DNA of 64,000 bases from NCBI GenBank assembly GCA_964538085.1, contig CAZIDF010000001.1, positions 96,826-160,825 of the forward strand, in the 5' to 3' direction. This document shows, piece by piece, positions 31,160-41,687 of the stretch (the stretch's first letter is position 1; each line of letters begins with the position of its first letter). The translations under genes and the position numbers were made by a program. The notes under the pieces were generated by a model that worked only from the letters and a program-made list of their open reading frames with translations, searched no databases and was not told the origin of the DNA. Origin of the DNA: an uncultured Eubacteriales bacterium. GTDB taxonomy: Bacteria; Acidobacteriota; Aminicenantia; Aminicenantales; Aminicenantaceae.

Positions 31160-31233
31160 GCGAGGAAGAAAATAGCTGATTTTTATTCGCGATTAATATA
31201 TAATCCAGGGTTTAAGTATGCTGTAATTATGCC

Positions 31234-32511
31234 ATGACAAAAATAGTCACCATCATTCTGGCGGGTGGTCAAGGGAAGCGGCTCTTTCCTCTAACGAAAA
31301 TGCGCAGCAAACCAGCCGTCCCGATTGCCGGCCGATTTCGGCTGATCGACATTCCGATCAGCAACTGTATCCATTCAGGGCTGAGAAAAATCTTCATTCT
31401 CACTCAATACAGCAGCGAATCTCTCCATCGTCATATCTTCATCACTTATCGCTTCGACAGTTTCACAAAAGACTTCGTCACCATTCTCTCCGCCCAACAA
31501 ACCCTCGAGAGCCCTGATTGGTACCAAGGAACAGCCGATGCAGTCCGTCAAAACCTGCGTTTTTTCCGTACTGAGGGAGACCTGGTGCTGGTTCTTTCAG
31601 GGGATCACCTGTACCGGATGGATTATCAAAAATTCATAAAATTTCACCTGGATAAAAAAGCCGATGTTAGCATAGCTGTTTATCCTGTCTTTTCCAGTCA
31701 AGCTCCGGAATTCGGCGTGATGAAAGTGAACAACCAAAGCCGGATCGTAGCCTTCCTCGAAAAGCCTAAAGATCCCTCTCAAATAGAGAGCATGAAAGTC
31801 CCGGAAGAGGTCTTTCACCAATTCCAGATAGATGCTGCCGGACGGACACACCTCGCCTCGATGGGAGTGTATATTTTCAAATGGGAAGTCCTCAAGAATC
31901 TGCTGGAAAAGTCTATCCACGAAGATTTCGGCAGGGAGGTTATCCCCTCTTCCATAGAACAATACAACGTGCGCGGCTACTTTTTTAACGATTACTGGGA
32001 GGATATCGGAACGATTCGCAATTTTTACGATGTTCACATGGACCTGACCCAGCCCTTGCCTCGGTTTAATTTTTATGATGAACAAAAACCGATCTTCAGC
32101 CATGCCCGCTTTCTCCCGGGATCGAAAATCTTATCCTCCCTTGTCCAAAACTCCATATTGTGCGAGGGCAGCATTATCAACAACTCGAAAATAAGCCATG
32201 CCATCATCGGAATCCGCTCTCGCATCGGAAACGACTCCCTGATCGAGCGTTCTGTCCTTATGGGAGCCGACTTTTTTGAATCGAAAGAAGAACTCGATAG
32301 GAATCTTAAAAAAAATATTCCCCGAATGGGAATCGGAGACAACTGTGATATCCAAAACGCGATCGTCGATAAAAACGCACGCATCGGAAATGGAGTCAAA
32401 CTCGTCAATGCGAGGAGAATAAATGAGGAGACTCAAGAAATGTATGTGATAAGAGACGGAATCATCGTTATCCCGAAAAACGCCATCATTCCAGATGGGA
32501 CTGTCATTTGA
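31234..32511 (+). CDS. glgC: glucose-1-phosphate adenylyltransferase
   Basis: N-terminal ILAGGQGKRLFPLT...PAVPIAG signature. Left-handed beta-helix C-terminus. Confidence 0.9.
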   Translation: MTKIVTIILAGGQGKRLFPLTKMRSKPAVPIAGRFRLIDIPISNCIHSGLRKIFILTQYSSESLHRHIFITYRFDSFTKDFVTILSAQQTLESPDWYQGTADAVRQNLRFFRTEGDLVLVLSGDHLYRMDYQKFIKFHLDKKADVSIAVYPVFSSQAPEFGVMKVNNQSRIVAFLEKPKDPSQIESMKVPEEVFHQFQIDAAGRTHLASMGVYIFKWEVLKNLLEKSIHEDFGREVIPSSIEQYNVRGYFFNDYWEDIGTIRNFYDVHMDLTQPLPRFNFYDEQKPIFSHARFLPGSKILSSLVQNSILCEGSIINNSKISHAIIGIRSRIGNDSLIERSVLMGADFFESKEELDRNLKKNIPRMGIGDNCDIQNAIVDKNARIGNGVKLVNARRINEETQEMYVIRDGIIVIPKNAIIPDGTVI

Positions 32512-32528
32512 TTTTATAGGAGACACTC

Positions 32529-33554
32529 ATGCCTGAACTTCGTTATGATCCGCTAGAACATCGATGGGTGATCATCGCCACCGAAAGAGCAGCCAGGCCT
32601 TCCGATCTGGCTGATAAGACAAAATACAACCACGTCAAAGTCTGTCCCTTCTGTGAAGGTCACGAAACATCCACCCCCCCAGAGATATGGGCCTTCAGAG
32701 ATCCGAAAACAGCTCCCAACACACCGGGGTGGCAGGTCCGGGTCGTATCCAATAAATTTCCCGCTTTGAAAATCGAATCCGAAGGCAAAAGGATAGGAGT
32801 GGGTTATTACGACATGATCGAGGGAGCGGGTGCCCATGAAGTGATCATCGAAACCCCTCAGCATGACATTAGCCTGGCAGACCTCCCTCCTAGCCACATC
32901 AAGTGGGTCCTCCTCGCCTACCGGGAAAGGATAAAGGACCTGTATAAAGACCCGCGGTTCAGGTATGCGCTTGTTTTCAAAAATCACGGGCAAAGGGCTG
33001 GAGCCTCTCTTGCTCACCCCCATTCCCAATTGATCACAACACCGATCGTTCCGCGCAATGTATTCATGAAGCTAGATGTCGCAAAGAAACATTATGCGAC
33101 CAAGGAGAGATGTCTGATCTGTGATCTGATTCAACAGGAAATCAGCACAGGATCAAGAATAATCAGCCAGGATAACGGCTTCGTCGCTTTTGCTCCTTAC
33201 GCTTCCCGTTTCCCGTTCGAAGTGTTCATTGCACCGATAGAGCACAATCACAACTACGAAGACATTACCGATGACGACCTAGAGAGATTTTCCCATCTGC
33301 TCAAAGACATTCTTTCAAAGCTTAAAAGTGTGCTGAACGACCCGCCTTATAATTTTGTTCTCAACACATCCCCCAACACCAATGCCAAACCCAAGCTTCC
33401 GGATCAATGGGCAACCCTTAAGTACGATTATCACTGGCATATCGATATCATCCCCAGGCTCGTCCGCATCGCCGGATTCGAATGGGGAAGCGGATTCTAC
33501 ATCAATCCCAGTGTCCCGGAGGAAGCCGCCAAATATTTGCGAGAGGAAGGCTGA
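32529..33554 (+). CDS. GalT-like nucleotidyltransferase (HIT superfamily branch III; possible ADP-glucose phosphorylase / Gal-1-P uridylyltransferase)
   Basis: CPFCEGHE zinc site. HPHSQL His-Pro-His active-site motif. Lies 18 nt downstream of glgC. Confidence 0.7.
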   Translation: MPELRYDPLEHRWVIIATERAARPSDLADKTKYNHVKVCPFCEGHETSTPPEIWAFRDPKTAPNTPGWQVRVVSNKFPALKIESEGKRIGVGYYDMIEGAGAHEVIIETPQHDISLADLPPSHIKWVLLAYRERIKDLYKDPRFRYALVFKNHGQRAGASLAHPHSQLITTPIVPRNVFMKLDVAKKHYATKERCLICDLIQQEISTGSRIISQDNGFVAFAPYASRFPFEVFIAPIEHNHNYEDITDDDLERFSHLLKDILSKLKSVLNDPPYNFVLNTSPNTNAKPKLPDQWATLKYDYHWHIDIIPRLVRIAGFEWGSGFYINPSVPEEAAKYLREEG

Positions 33555-33558
33555 AAGC

Positions 33559-35058
33559 TCATTCAACACGGTCAGATAATTCTGTGAGTTCGGCAAATTT
33601 CCCGGCTTCATGGGAAAACAATTGATCTGGCAAAAGCCGCCACCGCCAGTTTCCTATTTTCGTCCCGGGCAGGTTCATCCTCGCTTCCTCCCCCAACCCC
33701 AAAAGATCCTGCATGGGAACGATAAAGGTATCGGCAGCGGACTTCATGCCCATTTCGATGAACTCCCGATGGACGTCTTGTTCCGTGATTCGATGCCCTA
33801 AATATCGAAACAACCTAGTCTTATCCTGCGTCTTGGCCTCCGTTGTGAACCACCCCTTTACGGTGTTGTTATCATGAGTCCCGGTATAAACCACACAATT
33901 TTTTTTAAAAGTATGGGGCAAATAAGGATGGTCTGGATTGTCATCGCCGAAAGCGAAAAGAAGAACCTTCATTCCGGGAAAGCCAAACCGTTCTCTGACT
34001 TCTTCCACATCCGGAGTGATCGTCCCGAGGTCTTCCGCCACGATGGGCAGAGTGGAAAATCTCTGGTTGAGTCGACCGAAGAAATCCATCGCCTCTGCTT
34101 TTACCCATGTTCCATTTACAGCCGTTGTCTCCCCGGAAGGGACTTCCCAATAGCCGACAAAACCCCTGAAGTGGTCTATCCTGACCACATCGAACAATTT
34201 TAAATTGCGTTCCAGTCTTTGTATCCACCAGCCGTAACCGGTTCGCTTCAATTCATCCCATCGGTAAAGAGGATTGCCCCAGAGTTGTCCGGTTTTGCTG
34301 AAATAATCAGGAGGGACACCAGCGACGACGAAGGGTTCCCTGTTTGGGCCGAGTTTGAACAACTCGGGATGGGCCCAAACGTCCACGCTATCATGAACGA
34401 CATAGATGGGGATATCTCCGAGGATCAAGACTCCCTTCCGGTTGCAGTAGTCTCTCAGTCTATTCCATTGCCTATAAAACACATGTTGAAGAAATTTCGC
34501 CTTTGCTATCTCCTCATGCAGTTCTGATCTCAAAATTCTCAAAGCACCTGATTCCCTGTCCCTAATACCGGAGGGCCACTCGCTCCAAACCTTATTTCGA
34601 AATCGGGATTTCAGGGCCGCAAACAGGGCGTGCTCTTCAAGCCAGAATGCATTTTCGGCACAAAATTTCTCGAAATCCTCCATTTCCCCGGTTTTTTTAA
34701 AGCGTTCATAAGCCACATCAAAATTCTTTTTTCTTGAGAGGATAATACCATCGAAATCGACCCGTTCTTCGGGAAAATCAGGAAGGGACTCTAAATCCTT
34801 GGGCATAAGCAACCCTTCTTGAATCAACAACTCCAGGCTTATGAGAAGCGGATTCGCAGCGAAGGCCGAATAACTGTGATAAGGGGAATTATCGAATACA
34901 GAGTCTGTGGGATTGACAGGAAGAATCTGCCAGTATTTCTGCTTCGCTGCAGCGAGAAAATCGGCAAAGGCATAGGAGGCAGGACCCAAATCCCCGATAC
35001 CATAAGGGGAGGCCAAAGATGTGATGTGAAGAAGAACACCGCTTCCTCTCTCTCTCAT
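33559..35058 (-). CDS. malQ: 4-alpha-glucanotransferase (amylomaltase, GH77)
   Basis: N-terminal GVLLHITSL...GIGDLG signature. GH77 catalytic blocks. Confidence 0.9.
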   Translation of the reverse strand: MRERGSGVLLHITSLASPYGIGDLGPASYAFADFLAAAKQKYWQILPVNPTDSVFDNSPYHSYSAFAANPLLISLELLIQEGLLMPKDLESLPDFPEERVDFDGIILSRKKNFDVAYERFKKTGEMEDFEKFCAENAFWLEEHALFAALKSRFRNKVWSEWPSGIRDRESGALRILRSELHEEIAKAKFLQHVFYRQWNRLRDYCNRKGVLILGDIPIYVVHDSVDVWAHPELFKLGPNREPFVVAGVPPDYFSKTGQLWGNPLYRWDELKRTGYGWWIQRLERNLKLFDVVRIDHFRGFVGYWEVPSGETTAVNGTWVKAEAMDFFGRLNQRFSTLPIVAEDLGTITPDVEEVRERFGFPGMKVLLFAFGDDNPDHPYLPHTFKKNCVVYTGTHDNNTVKGWFTTEAKTQDKTRLFRYLGHRITEQDVHREFIEMGMKSAADTFIVPMQDLLGLGEEARMNLPGTKIGNWRWRLLPDQLFSHEAGKFAELTELSDRVE

Positions 35059-35087
35059 CTATTCTATCCTCAGGACGGAGCCATTTT

Positions 35088-37514
35088 TCACCAGCATTTC
35101 ACATGAAGCTGGCGACCGATATCTTTCATCAATTCAACCCAATCTTCAGCACGGGATTCTCCTTCATTTCTCCTTTTCCCCATTTCGTTTTTCAGTCGCT
35201 TGCAAAGGAGAAAATAAATATTCTGACTTTTCCAGAGATCGAGATCCAGCGGAAAATCTCTCAACAACAGGAGTAACGCATCTATTTTTTTGAGCAAAAT
35301 TACATTCTGTGGGTCGGCCTGAAGTTTGGCCATTATTTTGTTGAGTCTGAAGCTTGAAATATATCCCAAAAGAACCCGGTCAGGATGAAGATCCCACTTT
35401 TTAAATTCCTGAACTATTTTTTTTATTTTATCTAAATCTAATTCATCTCCCTCCATGGATTTCCGAAAGTCAGCATCCAAAATAAACTCTACAGAAGTCG
35501 CAAATGCTTTCGGAAGAGGAATATTGTTTTCTTTCAGAGCGGACATGATGGAATAATGGTTTTCAAAAACTTGGCGCAGGGATGCCTCCGCATCCGCCAA
35601 TGCGGTTTTCAGGATTCGATTCAGAATTTCTCTTTTTTTGTCTCTCAAAAGATGCCAGAGGGAATAATTGTGATCCCCGAAGTGAAGGTCCATCAACCGG
35701 ATGATTTGAAGAACATCCCCTGTTTGAAAGGCACTTCTTATCTCTTCCTGCATAGAGGAAAAAGTCCGTTCATCCGAAAACCGCCTTGCCCCTCCGACAA
35801 GGTTTTGATCTCCGTAATGCAGAACAGCATAACTGATCGTCTCCTCTTCCCAAGTGATCTCTGAGCGGATTTTGGCCTTTCCCAGCGCAAGCCTTTGCGA
35901 TGCGGTCTCCATGTGATCGACGAACTGGCTTTGGGCCGTATATTCCCCTATTCGAATGGTTTCGGGATAATCCTCGAACAAAGAAGACACGGCATAATGC
36001 ACGCCAATCCTTTGGGTGTCCAGAGGCGCCGGCTTAACGAGCTGTTCATAGACCTTGGCTCCATTCCCGAATGCCGCTTGATTGCTCGGAGCATTTTCGA
36101 TCCTTTTGATGTAGCCAGGTTCGAGATCCTTGCCGTCAATCTCTTTTGCGAGCTGAATGGCCCGCGCTGCATACTTCATCACTTGTACTGCTTCGATCCC
36201 CGAGATTTCATCGAAAAACCACCCGCAACTGGTGAACATGAGCAGGACATTCCGTTCCAACTCTAAAAGCTTGAGTATTTTTGTTTTTTCCTCATGGCTT
36301 GAGTCGCGTTTCAGGTGCCTGGAGAAATAGGCCTGGACATTCTCTTTCGAGCGATCTAAAACCACGCGTATGTAATCATCTCTTGCTTCCCAGGGATCTT
36401 TGAAAAAAATCGTCATTCCCTTTTCGTAAATGGGAGCGATTTGATCCCGGAGCCAATCCATGGCTTCCCGCAGCGCTCCCCGCCATTTTTGATTCCAATC
36501 CGGATGTTGACCCGTGTTGCATCCGCAATCGCTCCGCCATCTCTCCACTCCATGCACGCAGCTCCATGAGCTATTCTCAACGAATCCCACCTCGTATTCG
36601 GGAGGATACATCTCCAGATATTCGCCAAAAACGGTGAGGGAAGTTTTTCCGTCTGAATCGATTTTATCCAGGCAATAGGCAAGCGCCATTTCTCCAAAAC
36701 GGTGGTGATGCCCATAGGATTCCCCGTCGGTCGCGATATGGACCAACTGGATTTCTCCCTGTTCTGGAGAAAAGGCTTGCAGCAGCCTTCGAGAAAACAG
36801 TTCTCCGTTTTCCAGAAGGTCACCGAATGCGATGTCGTACGAAATGGCCCCATCATAGAAGAAAACGGCGATTTTTCCGCCAGACGGGAGCAAAACCCAA
36901 TAGGGCTTTTTCGGATCGACTTTCCCCCCATGGACATCGATCCAATCTTTCTGACCGATTTTTCGGACTCGAAGGGCCTGCTGTGGGGAAAGAATCGTGA
37001 AGCGAATCCCATGATGTGCCAAGATATTCAGGGTTTCACTATCAACGGCTGTTTCAGGAAGCCACATGCCTTCTGGCTCTCTTTTAAAGCGGTACTTGAA
37101 ATCTTGGATTCCCCATAATACTTGGGTGTGCTTGTCCCGGGAATAAGCGAGGGGCATGATCATGTGATTGTAAACCTGGGCAATGGCTGCCCCGTGACCT
37201 GAAAACCTATCCTGGCTCTGTTTGTCAGCCTCTAAAATTGCGAGGTAAATTTCCGGTTCTTGCTTTTCCAGCCAGGAGAACAGTGTCGGCCCGAAATTGA
37301 AACTTATCTTGGCATAGTTGTTCACGATCTTGACGATGTCTTTACCATCATCCAGAATCCTGGCCGCTGAGTTGGGGGCATAACATTCTCCTGAAATCCG
37401 TTCATTCCAATCGTGGAAGGGATGAGCAGAATCTTGGATTTCGACTTCGCCAAGCCATGGGTTTTCTCTAGGAGGCTGGTAAAAATGACCGTGAATACAA
37501 ATATAGGGCTTCAT
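35088..37514 (-). CDS. glycoside hydrolase family 57 protein with C-terminal DUF3536
   Basis: N-terminal HGHFYQPPRENPW signature. HxATDGESYGHHH catalytic region. About 300-aa C-terminal extension. Confidence 0.8.
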   Translation of the reverse strand: MKPYICIHGHFYQPPRENPWLGEVEIQDSAHPFHDWNERISGECYAPNSAARILDDGKDIVKIVNNYAKISFNFGPTLFSWLEKQEPEIYLAILEADKQSQDRFSGHGAAIAQVYNHMIMPLAYSRDKHTQVLWGIQDFKYRFKREPEGMWLPETAVDSETLNILAHHGIRFTILSPQQALRVRKIGQKDWIDVHGGKVDPKKPYWVLLPSGGKIAVFFYDGAISYDIAFGDLLENGELFSRRLLQAFSPEQGEIQLVHIATDGESYGHHHRFGEMALAYCLDKIDSDGKTSLTVFGEYLEMYPPEYEVGFVENSSWSCVHGVERWRSDCGCNTGQHPDWNQKWRGALREAMDWLRDQIAPIYEKGMTIFFKDPWEARDDYIRVVLDRSKENVQAYFSRHLKRDSSHEEKTKILKLLELERNVLLMFTSCGWFFDEISGIEAVQVMKYAARAIQLAKEIDGKDLEPGYIKRIENAPSNQAAFGNGAKVYEQLVKPAPLDTQRIGVHYAVSSLFEDYPETIRIGEYTAQSQFVDHMETASQRLALGKAKIRSEITWEEETISYAVLHYGDQNLVGGARRFSDERTFSSMQEEIRSAFQTGDVLQIIRLMDLHFGDHNYSLWHLLRDKKREILNRILKTALADAEASLRQVFENHYSIMSALKENNIPLPKAFATSVEFILDADFRKSMEGDELDLDKIKKIVQEFKKWDLHPDRVLLGYISSFRLNKIMAKLQADPQNVILLKKIDALLLLLRDFPLDLDLWKSQNIYFLLCKRLKNEMGKRRNEGESRAEDWVELMKDIGRQLHVKCW

Positions 37515-37548
37515 GAATCAGGATAAATTTTGAATCGGAGAGGAATAT

Positions 37549-37773
37549 TTATTTATGTTGTTTTCCCTGCTCTCCCTCGGAAAGAGAGACAAAAGTCTTC
37601 GCTGCCTTGGTCTGGTACTCGATCTTATCTTCACGGGCCAACCAGCCCAGTCCTTGGTAGACGATCGACGATTTTTCATTCAACAGCTTAGGAAGTTGCG
37701 ATACGTTGACTTCTCCTTGCTTTTTTAAAATCTTCCAGATATTTCCTGCGGTAACACCGATATTTTCTTTCAT
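37549..37773 (-). CDS. small winged-helix domain protein
   Basis: 74-aa ORF with wHTH-like pattern (NVSQLPKLLNEKSSIVYQGLGWLAREDKI). Confidence 0.4.
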   Translation of the reverse strand: MKENIGVTAGNIWKILKKQGEVNVSQLPKLLNEKSSIVYQGLGWLAREDKIEYQTKAAKTFVSLSEGEQGKQHK

Positions 37774-37866
37774 TGAAATCTCCCTATTTTTTCGTGATGA
37801 ACCATACTGTGAACGTGCTTATTGTATCACACCTAAACGCCGACAAGATAGCGATTATTTAGGCCC

Positions 37867-38194
37867 CTCGGCATCTTTATTTCCGTGATAAATTTGGCTT
37901 TTGGGGATGGTTGAAGCGACCATTGAGGATTTAGCCTTCACGAGCCGCTCTTCGAGGGAATCTGACGAAGTCAGACGGTGAGGATGTATTGAGCACGACT
38001 ATTCTAAAGGATAAGAGATCCGGGCAAGCAGGGGAACAGAGGCTAGAGAGGTAGAGATTGGGAGTTAACGGGCGGAGTTCCGGAGCCGCCGAGAAGAGTG
38101 GTGAGGGAATGGCGTGAAAAATCTGCACGGGAGCAAAACCATTCCTAAAGGCCAATATAAAGCATTTTGATATCACGGAAATAAGGATGCTTCC
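37867..38194. mobile_element. MITE-like element, copy 1 (328 bp) with about 20-bp TIRs and a 9-bp flanking direct repeat
   Basis: Left GCATCTTTATTTCCGTGATA (37871-37890). Right TATCACGGAAATAAGGATGC (38171-38190), a 19/20 inverted match. Flanking TTTAGGCCC at 37858-37866 and 38195-38203. The TIR core is related to copy 2. Confidence 0.45.
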
Positions 38195-38214
38195 TTTAGG
38201 CCCTTGGCGTTTGT

Positions 38215-40137
38215 TCAATCCCTTTTGAAGATAAGCACGCTCAATGGAGGGACGGTGATGGATATCGAATGATCTCTGCCGTGCCGTGGAATAGGGTCGG
38301 ATTCCACACCGCCTAGATTGCCCTGGCCGCTTCCCCCATAATCCTTTGCATCGCTGTTCATCTCTTCTCGCCAGAATCCACTGGCTCGCACACCGATCCT
38401 GTATTTTGTATGAACGGAAGGAGTAAAATTGCAAACGACAAGGACTCCATTTTCCGCATCCTTCCCTTTTCGTGAGAAACACACGACACTCTTTTCCCAA
38501 TCGCTGAAGTCGATCCAATCGAACCCGCCCTGTTCGAAATCGTACTCGTAAAGCGCCGGCGTGATTCTGTAGAAATGATTGAGATCTCTGACCCACTTTT
38601 GCACTCCTTGATGGGGAGGGTATTTCAAAAGGTGCCAGTCCAAGCTCTCTTCGTGATTCCACTCTCCCCACTGGCCGAACTCCCCTCCCATAAACAACAG
38701 TTTCTTCCCTGGATGAGTGTACATAAAGCCAAACAAAAGCTTCAGACTGGCGAATTTCTGCCAGTCATCCCCAGGCATTTTGCTCAAGAGAGAGCTCTTT
38801 CCATGAACAACTTCATCATGAGAGAGGGGAAGGACAAAATTCTCGGAGAACGCATACCAGATGCTGAAGGTCAACTGGTTATGGTGATGTTTGCGATACA
38901 CCGGATCTCTGGACATATATTCCAGGATGTCGTGCATCCAGCCCATATTCCACTTCATGCCGAAGCCTAGACCGCCCAAATAAGGAGGGCGAGTCACCAT
39001 CGGCCAAGCTGTGGATTCCTCGGCTACTGTTTGAATATCCGGGAACATCCGATAAGCCGCTTCATTCAACTTTTTCAGAAAAGAGATCGCTTCGATGTTC
39101 TCTCGGCCTCCGTACTTATTCGGGATCCACTCTCCTTCCTTTCTCGAATAGTCCAAATAGAGCATGGAGGCAACAGCATCCATCCGTAGCCCGTCGATAT
39201 GATATTTATCCAGCCAGAAGATCGCGCTGCTTATCAGGAAATTCTGCACTTCATTCCGGCCATAATTGAAGATATAACTTTTCCAATCGGGATGGAAACC
39301 CTTCTTAGGATCCTCATGTTCGTAGAGGTGGGTTCCATCGAGAAACACCAATCCGTGCTCATCTGACGGGAAATGGGAGGGAACCCAATCCAGGATCACG
39401 CCGATGCCATTCTGGTGTAATTGATCGATCATATACATAAAATCCTGGGGTGTGCCGTACCGGCTTGTCGGGGCGAAATACCCGACTGTCTGATAACCCC
39501 AGGAACCATAAAAAGGATGCTCCGTAACCGGAAGCAGTTCCACATGGGTGAATCCCATTTCTTTCACATAATCCACAAGAAGGTAGGCAATTTCACGATA
39601 ATTCAGGAATGGGTTGTTCTCCGAGGGATCTCTTCGCCATGAACCCAAATGAACCTCATATACAGCATGAGGAGCTTGAAGGTCATTTTGTTTTTGTCTG
39701 TTCGCCATCCATTCCTCATCCTGCCACGGGTACTCCAAATCGCAGATGACAGTTGCTGTTCGGGGAGATAATTCCCAAAAATAGCCGCATGGATCGCCTT
39801 TGTCCACCTTGTACTTGCGGGATTTTGATTCGATATGGAACTTGTAGAGAGAGCCGATTCCGATATCGGGAATAAATCCTTCCCAGATTCCCGATCCATC
39901 CCATCTGACCGCCAAAGGATGCGAATCAGGTTTCCATCCGTTGAAATCTCCGACAACGGAAACGTATTTGGCATTGGGGGCCCAGAGCGCAAAGTGAAAC
40001 CCTCTCTTTTCTTCAACAGTCAAAGAATGCGCCCCCATCTTCTCGTAGAGTTTGAAGAAATTCCCTTCTTTAAAAAGGTGTATATCATATTCGCTGAGCA
40101 GAGTCGGGCCATGGATGACATTTTTTTTATTCGACAC
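38215..40137 (-). CDS. glgB: 1,4-alpha-glucan branching enzyme (GH13)
   Basis: GH13 catalytic blocks (GFRMDAV..., EESTAWP). CBM48-like N-terminus. Confidence 0.9.
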   Translation of the reverse strand: MSNKKNVIHGPTLLSEYDIHLFKEGNFFKLYEKMGAHSLTVEEKRGFHFALWAPNAKYVSVVGDFNGWKPDSHPLAVRWDGSGIWEGFIPDIGIGSLYKFHIESKSRKYKVDKGDPCGYFWELSPRTATVICDLEYPWQDEEWMANRQKQNDLQAPHAVYEVHLGSWRRDPSENNPFLNYREIAYLLVDYVKEMGFTHVELLPVTEHPFYGSWGYQTVGYFAPTSRYGTPQDFMYMIDQLHQNGIGVILDWVPSHFPSDEHGLVFLDGTHLYEHEDPKKGFHPDWKSYIFNYGRNEVQNFLISSAIFWLDKYHIDGLRMDAVASMLYLDYSRKEGEWIPNKYGGRENIEAISFLKKLNEAAYRMFPDIQTVAEESTAWPMVTRPPYLGGLGFGMKWNMGWMHDILEYMSRDPVYRKHHHNQLTFSIWYAFSENFVLPLSHDEVVHGKSSLLSKMPGDDWQKFASLKLLFGFMYTHPGKKLLFMGGEFGQWGEWNHEESLDWHLLKYPPHQGVQKWVRDLNHFYRITPALYEYDFEQGGFDWIDFSDWEKSVVCFSRKGKDAENGVLVVCNFTPSVHTKYRIGVRASGFWREEMNSDAKDYGGSGQGNLGGVESDPIPRHGRDHSISITVPPLSVLIFKRD

Positions 40138-40196
40138 GTGTGATCCCTCTTTTGAATCTGAGGCCGGAAATCTCCCGGCACTCCCCTGTCAAACGG

Positions 40197-41657
40197 TTAG
40201 ACCTTAGACAAGGCTTTTTTATAGACTTCCTCGAATTTATGAGCAGACTTTTGCCAGGAGAAATCTTGCTTCATCGCATTTTTAACGAGTTTTGCCCACA
40301 ATCGCTTATTTCTGTATAAATAGACAGCCCTTTTTACCGCTTTTACCAATTCTTTGGAGGAATAGGCATTGAATTTAAACCCAGTTCCTTTTCCTGTTTC
40401 GGGATCGAACTCTTTGATTGTATCGTCCAATCCTCCTGTTGCCCTGACGATTGGGATGGTGCCATACTTGAGGCTGTACATCTGGTTCAACCCGCAGGGT
40501 TCGTATTTGGATGGCATGAGGAACATGTCAGAACCGGCTTCGATTTTGTGGGCGAGGGCATTATCGAAAGCGATCTTCACACCAAGATGGCCCGGATTTT
40601 TCTTCGCCAATGCGGCGAACTGTTTCTCATATTTCGAATCGCCGGTTCCCAAAATGACCAAACAAAGGTTCAATTCCAAGAGTTGGTCCATCGCTTCGGC
40701 CAAAATGTCGAAACCTTTCTGATCCGCCAATCTTGAAATTATTCCGATAATGGGGAATTCATCCGATCCCTTCAATCCATAAATTTGTTTCAGTTCGTCC
40801 TTACAATTTTTCTTTCCCGATGTGTCTTTTTCATCGAAGTTAGAGGCGATGTGGGGATCGTTCACCGGATTCCACAGTGAATAGTCCACACCGTTCAAGA
40901 TCCCGTACAAGTCTTCACGTCTGTTTTTAAGCACACCCTCCATCCCATATCCATATTCAGAGGTTTGGATCTCCTGTGCGTACTTCACGCTCACCGTGGT
41001 GATGGAGTCGGAAAATACGATCCCGCCTTTCATGAAGTTCATCTTCCCATAGTATTCCAGGCCACCTATAGAAAACAATTCCATCGGCAATTCGCTTATC
41101 GACATGGTTTCCTTCGGAAATACACCCTGATAAGCGAGGTTATGGATGGTGAACACCGACCGCATATTCTTGAAATAGGGATCCTTTTTGTACAGGCTTT
41201 TCAAATACACCGGGACAAGACTCGTTTGCCAATCATGACAGTGGATCACATTCGGTTCGAATCCGATCGACCGGCTCAATTCCACTATACTACGGCTGAA
41301 AAAAATAAATCTCTCAGGATTATCGAAATAGTCCCCTTCGGACGTGCCATACAGATTGGTGCGGTCAAAATACTCATCGCGCTGGATAAAGTAGACAGGG
41401 ACACCTCCCGACATCGTGGTTGTGTAAACCCGTGCGGTCATTTGTTGTCCCTTAAAAGGCAGGGTAAGGAATTGATCATGCGGTTTTAAATCATGGTCTC
41501 CTTCTTTTACAGATCTGTACAGGGGCATGACCACGGCCACGTGATGGCCCAACGCTGCAAGAGCAGCGGGCAAAGATCCGGAAACATCGGCCAATCCACC
41601 GGTCTTGGCAAAAGGAGCGACTTCTGAGGAAGCGAACAGGATCCTTAAATCACTCAT
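40197..41657 (-). CDS. glgA: glycogen synthase (GT5)
   Basis: N-terminal SEVAPFAKTGGLADV (KTGGL) motif. Length 486 aa. Confidence 0.9.
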   Translation of the reverse strand: MSDLRILFASSEVAPFAKTGGLADVSGSLPAALAALGHHVAVVMPLYRSVKEGDHDLKPHDQFLTLPFKGQQMTARVYTTTMSGGVPVYFIQRDEYFDRTNLYGTSEGDYFDNPERFIFFSRSIVELSRSIGFEPNVIHCHDWQTSLVPVYLKSLYKKDPYFKNMRSVFTIHNLAYQGVFPKETMSISELPMELFSIGGLEYYGKMNFMKGGIVFSDSITTVSVKYAQEIQTSEYGYGMEGVLKNRREDLYGILNGVDYSLWNPVNDPHIASNFDEKDTSGKKNCKDELKQIYGLKGSDEFPIIGIISRLADQKGFDILAEAMDQLLELNLCLVILGTGDSKYEKQFAALAKKNPGHLGVKIAFDNALAHKIEAGSDMFLMPSKYEPCGLNQMYSLKYGTIPIVRATGGLDDTIKEFDPETGKGTGFKFNAYSSKELVKAVKRAVYLYRNKRLWAKLVKNAMKQDFSWQKSAHKFEEVYKKALSKV

Positions 41658-41687
41658 GGAGATGTATCCTCCATTTCATTTTCAACT

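Noticed and set aside
37931-38671. 246-aa ORF on the minus strand
   Set aside because: Overlaps the MITE-like element and the 3' end of glgB in another frame. Arg/Ser/Gly-rich low-complexity translation. Judged spurious.
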